Source of the DNA: Macrostomum hystrix
Lineage: Eukaryota; Animalia; Platyhelminthes
Direction of reading: 5' to 3'
Assembly (NCBI GenBank): GCA_950097015.1
Contig: CATNEN010000039.1
Coordinates: 13,082,001 to 13,146,000, forward strand
DNA length: 64,000 bases
Below the pieces are notes generated by a model that made no database searches, was not told the origin of the DNA, and saw only the letters and a program-made list of their open reading frames with translations. The translations under genes were made by a program, and so were the position numbers. Shown here piece after piece: positions 1 through 12,100 of this stretch (the first letter of the stretch is position 1; every line of letters starts with the position of its first letter).

Positions 1-559
1 CCAATTCACTGAACATGTTTGCGTATTTATTGTTTCAAAAATAATTTATAGTTTTCCTTTGATGCCAGAATAGGTTTAAAACAACGGGTGCCAAACGCAT
101 TGCGTGTTTAATTTTCATCGCTTGTATTCGCTTATAAACAACCTGATTGAAAACAATATCAGGTTGTGTAATCTCTGCATTGTAATACAAATATTTTCTG
201 TAAATTAACTTCAATTACTCAAAACTTTTTTCAAGTTTATATTTTTCTTTCAGTGGCTTCTCGTCCTTAAAGTTTGTGACAAAGACTTTATTTTATCTTC
301 CAAGCAGCTGCTTGCAGGCATCACACCCGTGACACACAAAATACTTGTTGCTTGCTCGTTTTATACATAATTATGCAAGTATTAAGAGGAATCAAATAAA
401 TAATCTATATTTTTTGTATTCCTGTATTATTCCTCTCGGTTGGTATTTTATCCGCTGCTCACAATTTGGTACGTGGCCAATTTTTTTACTATCGAACAGT
501 AACCGGCTTGATTAGATTGCGTGTTTAATTCTCTGTGTTTTTTATAAGAATCAGATAAT

Positions 560-1000
560 AAAGTGGCGTTGTGGGGCAAGAAATGGGTTGGTGGAGGCGA
601 GGAATAACGTGGCGCGGCTGAAAATGCGTTGGCGGGGCAGAGAATGAGATGACAAACAAGGAATGACGTATCGTGGCTGAAAATGAGGTGGCGAGCAGAA
701 AATGCGTTCGTGGGGCAGAGAACGAAGTGGCGGGGCAGAGAACGAAGTGGCGGGGCAGAGAACGGGGTGGCGGGGCAGTAAACGGGGTGGTGGGCAAGGA
801 ATGAGGTGGCGGGGCAGAGAACGGGGTGGTGGGGCAAGGAATGGGGTGGCGGGGCAGAGAACGGGGTGGTGGGGCAAGGAATGAGGTGGCGGGGCAGAGA
901 ACGGGGTGCATGGTGGGGCAAGGAATGAGGTGGCGGGGCAGAGAACGGGGTGGTAGGGCAAGGAATGAGGTGGCTGAAGGGAGGAGGTGAGGTGGCTGGC
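560..1000. repeat. G-rich minisatellite, ~20-21 bp (ggggcagagaacggggtggc)
   Basis: Direct tandem units, degenerate at the edges. Confidence 0.85.
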
Positions 1001-1103
1001 TTGCGAGTTGGGTGGCATGACATCGAATATGATTCCAGAAGATTTCAGGGACATTATTTCTGTACGATTTTGTATGCACTCCTCGACAATCTACTTACCT
1101 TCC

Positions 1104-1850
1104 TTAACAGTAGAAAGACCACGGTGTATTTTACCCCTGGGATGAAGACCATGAGGGGTATTTCCAATACCCACTGCCTACTTCACGATAGCTCCCAAAT
1201 TGGATGACTGATTTTCGTGAAAGTCCACCATCTGAATCTAAATTTACGAGGAGCTAACTTTCCGAGCCGTACCAGCCAGCATCGTCGATATATTCTGCGA
1301 TTCTTGTCGAAGACCCTGGTGACAATGTCTATGGTCTCATGCTATTTGGCCATAGAGTTAAGGACATTCAAAATGAGAGATCGGAAGGCAAACCAATCTA
1401 ATAATCAAACAGTCGAGTGGACGAGCCCAAAATCTGCAGAGATGGCCATGCCGTTAATGCCTGATAGCAGAGAAGACTTGAAAAAGCCATAGAACAATAC
1501 TTTTAAGCGAGCCCCTCAGATTTTTTGCCATGAATTGGCTCGTTTCGCGTACCGAGGGTTTTAGTTGTCCCTGGCCTGAATTCATTCTCGTTTTTAAATG
1601 CCCCTGTCTCGTTTTGGTTGTCCAAATGTCTATGTTCTCTAGCGGCGAGGTTTACTTAAAGGATAGTTAAATCCATAGCCATTATCTTTGGTTATAAGTA
1701 GCGATGATTATTTATTCTGAAAGTTGTTTCATCAGATAGAGCGGAAAATTTTAGCCCGTGTTCTGGATTTTCATTGGCGATTGGTTGAATATATTGCAGA
1801 TAAAAAAGGAAAATGTTGATTTCCACCTTCCTCCAGATTTTCTATTGCCT
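1104..1850 (+). mobile_element. MITE-like non-autonomous DNA element (family C), long diverged copy
   Basis: Starts TTAACAGTAGAAAGACCAC. 1104-1250 matches 9237-9345 and the reverse complement of 30500-30617. 1730-1830 matches 9510-9600. The right end is approximate. Confidence 0.5.
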
Positions 1851-2157
1851 AAGACCTTGTCTTACACCCGTACGTTCGACTTATTAAACATCTTTTTGCT
1901 TTACAATAGTGCGGCTAATTTTAGAATGTAGGAAACAGTTCTCAAACGCCATCACTTCGGAGCAATACACGTAAGCATCGAAAAACAGCGAAACACGCCC
2001 ACAGAGTTGCTATAGTTGCCGTTTCCCACACTATTTGACCAATAAAATACTATTCAGAATAGAAGCTTTGAAGCAAAGTCACAAATTAGTTGGACAGCAT
2101 CGTTAACTTACCAAAGAAAATTGTAGTTGTTTGTTGAATTGCTGCGCACAGGCTTAG

Positions 2158-5015
2158 ATGTCTTCTGCTGTTAGGAGAAGTTCATTTATCGACAGTCAAC
2201 TGCAATTTTCCGTTGACCATCAGGAGCAGCAGCAGCAGCAGAATCTTCCTATCAGGCGCCAGCGAGTCCAGGAGATGGTTCCGCCTGGTCACGTCCGCTC
2301 CCAGGTTAGTCTATTCTCTAAGCTAATTAGTTCGGCTGGCGAGTTGCGCTCAACTGGACAGCCAAGGCGGCAATATCAAAGGCGGCCGAGCAGTGAAGCG
2401 TCGGCGGCGGTGTCGGTGATCGGCTACGCGCAGCTCGGTAGACCGGCCCGAATTCAGGTCATCAATAGCGACTTGACTGCGGCTGCGGCTGTGGGTGGCG
2501 GCGTAGCCGAAGCTGTCTACGCTGCTGACGAGTGGACAGTCTATTCCACGCAAAAAACTAATTCCGCTAATCAGCACACCAGCGGCACAGAGCGGTGAGG
2601 TGGTGGGGCGGAGTGAGGTGGAGGGTGCGGAGTGAGGTGGAGGGTGCGGAGTGAGGTGGAGGTGCTGAGTGAGGTGGAGGGTGCGGAGTGAGGTGGAGGG
2701 GGCGTAGTGAGGTGGAGGGTGCGGAGTGAGGTGAAGATCCAGAATGTAGTGGAGGTTGCGGAGTGTAGTGGCGGGTGCGGAGTGAGGTGGGTGTAGAGTA
2801 AGGTAGAGGTTGCGGAGTGAGGTGGAAAGTGCGGAGCGAGATAGTGTATGCTGGATGATGTGGACTGCATTGTATCTACTGAGATAAAGAGTATTGGCAG
2901 GAGGATTCGTGTACATCTATGGTAATAATAATGTAATATAATAATTAGCGACTGTGAGCACTGCCGCATCATTTGGTGACAGCGGACCCGCAGCCTGTGA
3001 GACGGCCCGCTCTGCACGGTACTTGGTAAAGGCACACGCTCACACAGGTGTGTACATCTGCCCTGAGTTTCGCGTTATCGGGCAGTGTACACACTCACTT
3101 TGCCTTTGAGGTTGGCCCTTGAAAGTAGCAAATCGCACAACCAGCCCCCAAAGCCTTCTCTCCGCGAATGTTCCCCAAAATGAACGTGGCCTAGCCGCGG
3201 AATCGAACTCGCGGACTTCGAGTGCGAGAGATCAAAATGTTAGACCGCTCTGTAAATTTCCAATCATTAATTCAATCTACTTATCAGAGGCGGTCAACAG
3301 CAGCAGCAGCAGCAGCAGCAGTTTAGAGCTGAGGAATGGGCAGTCTATGCCGAGACGCCACCGGAGCGGCCACCGCCAGCGTCGAAGCCGGTCAAGGCGG
3401 CGTCGAGATCAGAACAAGCCCGCCAACGCCAGCAGGTGTACTCGGAGCAGCGAAGGCGGCGAGAGGCCATCGAGTCCAGAAATCTGGCGTCCGACCTGCA
3501 GGAGCCGCAATATCGGCACGAGGAGTGGACAGTCTACGAAACGATACCGACTTCGATGGAGCCGGGATTGATAGTCGAGTCAGGCGACTCTTCAATGATC
3601 GGCTATCGACGATATCTTGTAAAAGAACAGAATAAGACAATCCGAAAGTCGATTTACGAAACCAGAGCCGATAACAATAAAATGGTTCTGTCGAGCCAGG
3701 AGGCGGCGAGGGAATTCGCCGAGAGGAAAGCTCGCGACGGTTTGGCTCGCAGGCGCGTGACCACACCGGTGCGTCTGCAGAAGTGGGTCGAGGTGCGCCA
3801 GCTGCGGATTCAGGAGTCGACTGGAGAAAGCCAGGGACAGAGTTTTGTAGGCCTGCAGCGGCAGCAGCAACAGCAGCAGAAGAGGATGGAAGATAATTTT
3901 CGTCACAATTCGCGTTTGTCAACTCAATCGCCAATAGGTTACAAGCGCTACTTGACAATGGACCAGGAGGCTTACCGAGCTGGACTGGCTGCTTCCACTG
4001 GAAACATTGCCGCCAGTAAGAAGTGGGGTGAGATGGGATCAGTGGGATGAGATATGATCAGTGGGATGAGATATGATCAGTGGGATGAGATATGATCAGT
4101 GGGATGAGATGGGATCAGTTGGATGAGATGGGATCAGTTGGATGAGATGGGATCAGTGGGATGAGATGGGATCAGTGGGATGATATGGGATCAGTGGGAT
4201 GATATGGGATCAGTGGGATGATATGGGATCAGTGGGATAATATGGAATCAGTGGAGTGAGATGGGATTAGTGGGAGTAATGAGATGGGATCAGTGGGAGA
4301 GAAGAGATTGGATCAATTGGAGAATATAGATAGGATCAGTGGGAAAAAATGAGATTGGATCAGTAGGAAAATATATAGGATATGTGGGAGAAAATAGATG
4401 GGAGAGAAGAGATGGGATCAGTGGGAGAGAAGAGATGGGATCAGTGGGAGAGAAGAGATGGGATCAGTGGGAGAGAAGAGATGGGATCAGTGGGAGAGAA
4501 GAGATGGATGGGATCAGTGGGAGAGAAGAGATGGGATCAGTGGGAGAGAAGAGATGGGATCAGTGGGAGAGAAGAGATGGATGGGATCAGTGGGAGAGTA
4601 GAGATGGGATCAGTGGGAGAGAAGAGATGGATGGGATCAGTGGGAGAGAAGAGATGGAATCAGTGGGAGAGAAGAGATGGGATCAGTGGGAGAGAAGAGA
4701 TGGATGGGATCAGTGGGAGAGAAGAGATGGGATCAGTGGGTTATGGATTATTGATAAGGCCGGAGGTTGTTGCCTTATCACTAGTCTTCATGTTTTTTCC
4801 ATTTAAATCACTCATCTGTTTTCAAACTCACTGTCACTTGACTGGTCATTTTCCAAATGCTTCACTCTGCAGCCTCGAAGCGGAGCAGCCCTGATGTTTA
4901 CTATTTCTATTCGGACGAGAACGACAATAGACGAGGATATTATGAAGGCCAGAAAACGCCCCGAAGTCGCGTCTATAAGCGGGCAAATTTGAGAAGCTAT
5001 GAATTCGCAAAATAG
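2158..5015 (+). CDS. Uncharacterised 3-exon orphan protein (~435-439 aa), Q/R/S-rich
   Basis: Exon 2158-2594 (ATG; donor CG|gtgagg). Exon 3288-4015 or 4027 (acceptor cttatcag; donors A|gtaaga or G|gtgaga, both phase 1). Exon 4873-5015 (acceptor ctctgcag; TAG). Phases are continuous. ATTAAA at 5101. No domain recognised. Confidence 0.65.
2595..2835. repeat. 19-bp minisatellite (gcggagtgaggtggagggt) starting at the intron 1 donor
   Basis: Tandem units. Same core as the 7670-7835 array. Confidence 0.85.
2925..3252 (-). mobile_element. tRNA-derived SINE family A, diverged copy
   Basis: Aligns with 31195-31543 (catttggtgac, caggtgtgtacatctgccctga, ggaatcgaac = B box on -). TTA-rich tail. Confidence 0.7.
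4022..4740. repeat. Minisatellite drifting from 19 bp (agtgggatgagatgggatc) to 23-27 bp (gggatcagtgggagagaagagat)
   Basis: Tandem units filling intron 2 of the + gene. Confidence 0.9.
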
Positions 5016-5139
5016 TTTATCGCTTTTTTAAACAATTCGTACTTCCCCTTTCATGCTAGGCTTGCTATAGTTTATTGACTTCTACATACAATATAACAGT
5101 ATTAAAGTGGATCGAAATATTACTTTATGTTGAGAAAGG

Positions 5140-6190
5140 TTTGGCGGGTGTAGAATGGGGTGGCGGGTGTAAATTAAAACGGAGTGGCGGGTGAAGAATG
5201 TGGTGGGGGTAAAGAATGGGGTGGCGGGTGTAGAATAAGGTGGTGGGTGTAGATTAAAATGGGGTGGCGGTGTAGATTAAAATAGGGTGGCGTTGTTGAT
5301 AAAAATGGGGTGGCGGGTGTAGATTAAAATGGGGTGGTGGGTGTAGAATAAAATAGGGTGGCGGTGTTGATAAAAATGGGGTGGCGGGTGTAGATTAAAA
5401 TGGGGTGGTGGGTGTAGATTAGAATAGGGTGGCGGTGTTGATAAAAATGGGGTTGCGGGTGTAGAATGGGGAGGCAGGTGTAGAATGGGGAGGCAGGTGT
5501 AGAATGGGGAGGCGAGTGTAGAATGGGGAGGCGGGTGTAGAATGGGGAGGCGAGTGTAGAATGGGGAGGCAGGTGTAGAATGGGGAGGCAGGTGTAGAAT
5601 GGGGAGGCGGGTGTAGAATGGGGAGGCGGGTGTAGAATGGGGAGGCGAGTGTAGAATGGGGAGGCGGGTGTAGAATGGGGAGGCAGGTGTAGAATGGGGT
5701 GGCGGGTGTAGAATGGGGAGGCGAGTGTAGAATGGGGAGGCGGGTGTAGAATGGGGTGGCGGGTGTAGAATGGGGAGGCGGGTGTAGAATGGGGAGGCAG
5801 GTGTAGAATGGGGTGGCGGGTGTAGAATGGGGAGGCGAGTGTAGAATGGGGAGGCGGGTGTAGAATGGGGTGGCGGGTGTAGAATGGGGAGGCGGGTGTA
5901 GAATGGGGAGGCGAGTGTAGAATGGGGTGGCGGGTGTAGAATGGGGAGGCGGGTGTAGAATGGGGAGGCGAGTGTAGAATGGGGAGGCGAGTGTAGAATG
6001 GGGTGGCGGGTGTAGAATGGGGAGGCGAGTGTAGAATGGGGAGGCAGGTGTAGAATGGGGTGGCGGGTGTAGAATGGGGAGGCGAGTGTAGAATGGGGAG
6101 GCGAGTGTAGAATGGGGTGGCGGGTGTAGAATGGGGAAGCGGGTGTAGAATGGGGAGGCGGGTGTAGAATGGGGAGGCGAGTGTAGAATG
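5140..6190. repeat. 19-bp G-rich minisatellite (gggtgtagaatggggaggc)
   Basis: About 50 units between the convergent genes. Confidence 0.95.
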
Positions 6191-6699
6191 GGTTTTAGGG
6201 TGTAAGAATTTATGTGGTGCGTATGGATAAGGTTCGGGATAGGAATATACTTGGTGATTAATATAGATATAATGTATTCCAACCCGCCACTTTAAACCTA
6301 TTCGTTTTTAGCCGACATATTTTTGTCTGAAGCTTTATAGTAAAAACTTCTAAATCGGTTTATCAAAGCAGAGATTAAAGTAAATATATGTCTTCATTTA
6401 AAATCTGCACTTCAAATTGCTATGAAAATTTCACGTTGAATAAGTGACAGCAAAATGTCAAACACATGTATATTTTTTGCATAAAAAACAGGGCAAAATG
6501 GGCTGGTTTGCAGGCGCATTTTAAAAGGCAAGTTAAAAACGTGTTGCTCCATATTTGCTTACCAAAATCTTCCAGGTAGTATTTTGAAACGAAAACATAT
6601 TTAGAATTTTATTGTCGTTACAGAAAAATACTACTAACAGTCTGACAGCATAATTAAATTCGTTAGTATTTTTTTCTGGTAATAGTAAACGTCCCGTTT

Positions 6700-7175
6700 T
6701 AAGTAGATATCCCATTTGAGTAGTAATCCTATTTGAGTAGCAATCCCATTTGAGTAGATATCCTATTTGAGTAGATATCCCATTTGAGTACAAATCCCAT
6801 TTGAGTACAAATCCAATTTGAGTACAAATCCAATTTGAGTACAAATCCCATTTGAGTAGATATCCTATTTGAGTAGATATCCCATTTGAGTACAAATCCA
6901 ATTTGAGTACAAATCCAATTTGAGTAAAAATCCCATTTGAGTACAAATCCCATTTGAGTAAAAATCCGGTTTGAGTAGAAATCCCATTTGAGTAGAAATC
7001 CCATTTGAGTAGATATCCCATTTGAGTAGATATCCAATTTGCGTAGCTGTTCCACTTAAGTAGATATATTTAAGTAGAAATCCCATTTGAGTAGAAATTC
7101 CATCTCAGTATAAATCCCATTGGAGTAGAAATCGCAGTTGAGTAGATATCCCATTTGAGTAGATTTACCATTCTG
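6700..7175. repeat. 17-bp minisatellite (atcccatttgagtagat)
   Basis: Tandem units just downstream of the ARHGEF17-like stop codon. Confidence 0.9.
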
Positions 7176-7233
7176 AGTAGGTCTTAACACATTTAAGTAG
7201 TTGAACAAGTGAGTCTGGTTTTTGAACAAAAGC

Positions 7234-8305
7234 TCAAGCCTGAAAGATGATGAGGTGATTGATTGAAGACGACACCTCAGCTCCGCCAGAGGCGTTGCCC
7301 ACGAATTCTTCGAAGCCCATACCGCCGGAGATGACCATCATTTGGGAGGCCAGCGTTGCACCTGGCGACAATGAGGCACGCCTTGCAGCCTGCGCCGGCG
7401 TCGGCAGCGAGCGATGATGACCTGCGGCAGCGGCTGCTGAGCTCGAGCTCGAGGTGAGGAAAACATTCGTTGAGAATAGAGAGCCGCCACCGCCGCCACT
7501 GCCACCGCCGCCACTGCCGCCGCCGCCGCCTCCAGCGGCCAGTGCGAGAGGCAGATGACTTCGAGTTGGCTTCTCGACGGCCGTTAAGAAGCGCACTGGT
7601 CCACAATGACCGTAGGGCAAGGCTGTGAAGGCGGTTTGGGTTGAGAGTAAGGAGCAAAGTCAGGTGGTAGGTGCAAAGTGAGGTGGTGGTAGCGGAGTGA
7701 GGTGGTTGTAGCGGAGTGAGGTGGTGGTAGCGGAGTGAGGTGGTTGTAGCGGAGTGAGGTGGTGGTAGCGGAGTGAGGTGGTTGTAGCGGAGTGAGGTGG
7801 TGGTAGCGGAGTGAGGTGGTGGTAGCGGAGCGAGGAGGTGTTTGTTGAGTGAGACCATGTTTTTATGACAAAGGAAAACGTGAGTTGTCCTGTCGCTCAT
7901 ACTCTTACCGTTAATAATAGGCGGTTTGATGGATGAGCAGCTAGTAGACGATGATAACTTGAGTACGGGAACAATGGCAATGACGCCAGATGTTGTGCCC
8001 ACCCAGAGCAAATCTTTGCACACTAGAATGCTGCTGATCCGAAGTCCCGATAGTCTCAGGTTTCTGACACTCTCATCGCAGCCTAGAAATCGAGAATTGA
8101 AATAAGCAAAAATCCACAAAATTCAAAACTAATGAAGAGTCAAGTGTTTCAATCACCTTCAAGTTTCTGAGCCACGGCACTTGCCACATCGACTTCGAGT
8201 AGAAACTCGCTGGATAGCGCGTGGTACAGGTGCACGCGCGTGGAGCCCTCTAGGGCCACCCAGACTGAGTAGCCTGAGCAGGTCATTGAGTGCACGCTAC
8301 GCCTT

Positions 8306-8341
<36 letters not shown>

Positions 8342-9070
8342 CTGACTGGGAAGCTGGAGTCAACACTCTCGGACACCGGGCTGACGATGATCATGTCTTT
8401 GCCGGCGTAGCACCAGATTTTTCCGGCGGCCGCGATCATTCGCTTAACCGGCTTGCCCTCCTTCACTGTCATCACGTGCTGCTTGTCAAAGTCCCACAGG
8501 CCGTCTGCAAGAGTACAGATTTATCGATTTTTAGCTTCGCTTCCCCCAGCATTTCTCAAGCCATTCTACACTTGAAGATTCTCTTTTACCAGTCCGCCGT
8601 CGATAGACAGCTACTTCGCCGCTGGCTAGCGACACATAGACTCGTCCGTCCAGGTGAATGATGGCCGTCACGCCAGCTCTTTGTCGCACCTTCTGTCTAG
8701 GCCGGGTTGTCCGGACATTGTCAGTGCAATAGTACACTAGGAGCCAACCGTCTTGGCAGCCAAGCCACATAGTCGCCTTGTACGGATCCGTCAGGCGCTG
8801 CTGCTGCTGCTGACGGAATAGGCAGGCGCTATACTCGCCGTCAATTATCGTCTCTGGCGTGACTGCGTCCCCGTCGTCCTCTCCCTCGTCACTGGATGAA
8901 GACGACGAAGACGATGACACGGCGTCATTATCCTCATCAGCTGAGCTAGAAGAGCTGCCAGCCCTGCTTGGGCATTTCTTCTCGGCGGAGTTCTCAGTGA
9001 CGTCATCGTTGTTATCGTTTGGTTGGTCCTCTACGTCGTCCACTGTATCAACGCGAACTGTGGGCACTTG

Positions 9071-9113
<43 letters not shown>

Positions 9114-12100
9114 GTGTCTGTTGGGCTGTCCAACTGTGCCACGTCTTTTAGGCGCTCAGCGATGGCCAAGTTGGCCGCAGTTCGAGACCGACGTCTGTGC
9201 TCAGCACCTTGCCTGGGTATTAGAAGATTTCAGCTACTAACAGTGAAAGACCACGGCCGGGGAGTATTTCAAATGCCTACTTCCCGATAGGTCCCAAAGA
9301 GAATGACTGATTTTCGTGAAAGTCCACCATATAGATCAAAATTGGCATGTTGGTTGGTTCGATTATATAATAATTCACAATACAATCAACAATAACAGCC
9401 ACTTGTGAGCAATTGGTGGTTTATGCCACCAGATTTATGCCACCCAGACACCGCCGAAGAGAATCGTTGAATATCTCGACAACGCCAACGTTTTGTGATT
9501 CTGGAAGTTGTTTCAGCAGATAAAGCGGAACATGTGAGCCCGTGTTCTGGATTTTCATGGCAATTGGTTGAATATTTTGGTAGATACAGGAAAAATAAAA
9601 ATGTGGGTTTGAAATACCCCTCAGCGGTCTTTCTCTTATGAAGATACTTAAAAATTTAACGAGACTCACAAACAGGTGAGAAACAGCCAAACAAACAGAC
9701 AGGCATAGAAGCAAGCAAGCGAACAAATATTTCGACACTGGCTCACATTCGCAACAGCCCAGCGTAAGCCGGCACAGAGCAAATGCAGGCTACACTTGTG
9801 CCGCCGCCAACGCTTGGCAGTTGCGTTGTCATGGCAACTATCGGTTCCGGCTGCAGGCTTAGCAGGCAGAGGTGACTAGATTGAGTCGGATCGGCAGTTT
9901 GACAGCAGATCCAAATGTCGCGATAGTTGTCCTCGTTGTAGCCATCAATCGGTGCGGAACAGGTGAACTGTGATTGATTTCAAAGGTAGATGGATACGAA
10001 AAACTGAATTTCGAAGCTGCCCGACGTCATCATCGTCGAGATATTCAGCGATGATTGTCGAGGACAACTACATTTTTTGCTCTGTATAAACCTATATGGT
10101 TAACGCGTTTGGCTCTCGTACCACGGTCCCTAAGTTCGATTCCACGGCGAGGCCACATTTATTTGGGGCGCAGACGCGGAGAGAAGGCTTTGGGGGCTTG
10201 TCGTGAAATTTACGACCTTGAGGGCCAACCTCCAAGGTACAGTGACAGTGTACATTGCCAAGCGATGAGAAAGTCAGTGCAGATGTACACACCTGCGGTA
10301 TCAGAGTGCGTGTGTGCTCAGGAGTCAGCGAAATGGGCAGAATTGCCTCCTCGCTGGCTGCGGGTCTAGTGTCACCAAATGATGTGCCATTGCCCGCAGC
10401 CCTCCTGCAATTATCATTATTTCAATTTCATGCTCAATAGGAAAGCCATATTCAATAGTAAAATTATTAACAATACTATATAATCAGCAATAATGGTTTC
10501 ATGATGAAACTTTGTGAGCAGAAAGTGCTGTCTATATACTTGCTGGTTTTTGCCACCAGACACCCCGACAAGAATCGTTGAATATCTCGACGATGCCCAT
10601 GTCTTGTGGTTCTAGAAGTCAAACGAATTCAAGCATTCTAGCTTACGGTCATGCCGTGCCTCAGTCTGGCGATTTGCAGAGTCTGCAAGAACTCCGGCAG
10701 CTGGGCGCACTTGTACATCAGCTTCATCTTGGCGTCCAAGAACGCGCTCTCCCATTGTAGCTTTTTGTCCGGAGTTGAAAACAGCAGAGAATGAAATCCA
10801 ACACCCTCCAGGCTGGCTGTGAGTAGGTCCAGACGGCACTGGCTGTTGCCTGCGCTGAGCAACTGGCTAGCTAGACTGGCGAGACGTTTCGCTTCAGCCA
10901 GCTGACGATTCACGGTTTCAAGGGCCTCCTTGGCAGCCTGTTCAAGGCTCTGCGGAGTTAGTACAGACATTGGCATTATTTGGGATAAATCTGGTATCGA
11001 CAGTTTGTCACTGGGATCTGGTATCGATAGTTTGTCATTGGGATCTGGTATCGATAGTTTGTCACTGGGATCTGGTATCGATAGTTTGTCACTGGGATCT
11101 GGTATCGATAGTTTGTCACTGGGATCTGGTATCGATAGTTTGTCATTGGGATCTGGTATCGATAGTTTGTCATTGGGATTTGGTATCGATAGTTTGTCAC
11201 TGGGATTTGGTATCGATAGTTTGTCACTGGGATCTAGTATCGATAGTTTGTCATTGGGATCTAGTATCGATAGTTTGTCACTGGGATCTGGTATCGATAG
11301 TTTGTCACTGGGATCTAGTATCGATAGTTTGTCACTGGGATCTAGTATCGATAGTTTGTCACTGGGATTTGTTATCGATAGTTTGTCATTGGGATCTGGT
11401 ATCGATAGTTTGTCATTGGGATTTGGTATCGATAGTTTGTCACTGGGATTTGGTATCGATAGTTTGTCACTGGGATCTAGTATCGATAGTTTGTCATTGG
11501 GATCTAGTATCGATAGTTTGTCACTGGGATCTGGTATCGATAGTTTGTCACTGGGATCTAGTATCGATAGTTTGTCACTGGGATCTAGTATCGATAGTTT
11601 GTCACTGGGATTTGGTATCGATAGTCTGTCATTGGGATCTGGTATCGATAGTTTGTCACTGGGATTTTTCTAGACTTGCCGACTGTTTGCTGTGCATCTT
11701 CGCGCAGATTTCCAGCACCTCCAGCACTGCATGACGGTCCTCCTTCAGTTTTTCGATGTCTTCATTTGGACGCCTGATTAGCGACGACCAACGGGTGCTC
11801 CCACCGTCGCGTCCCGTCACGGTGCCACCACCGCCGCCAACGCCGCTACTGACGCCACTAGCGCCACCTCCGAAGCCGTTTGTCAAACCGCTCGAGCTGC
11901 CAACTGAACTGCCGACGCTGCCGCCGCAGCTACCACCGCTGATGCTGCCACCACCGCAGCCGCCTCCTCCTCCGCCGTTTCCCCCGGCGCTGCCGCAGCC
12001 GCCTCCGCTAATCTCGACGCATTCCAGGCCAACTCGGAGGCAAACTTTGTACTTGAAGTTGGAGTCCACAAAGTCGAAGCCGCTGGGCGATTGTCTGCAA

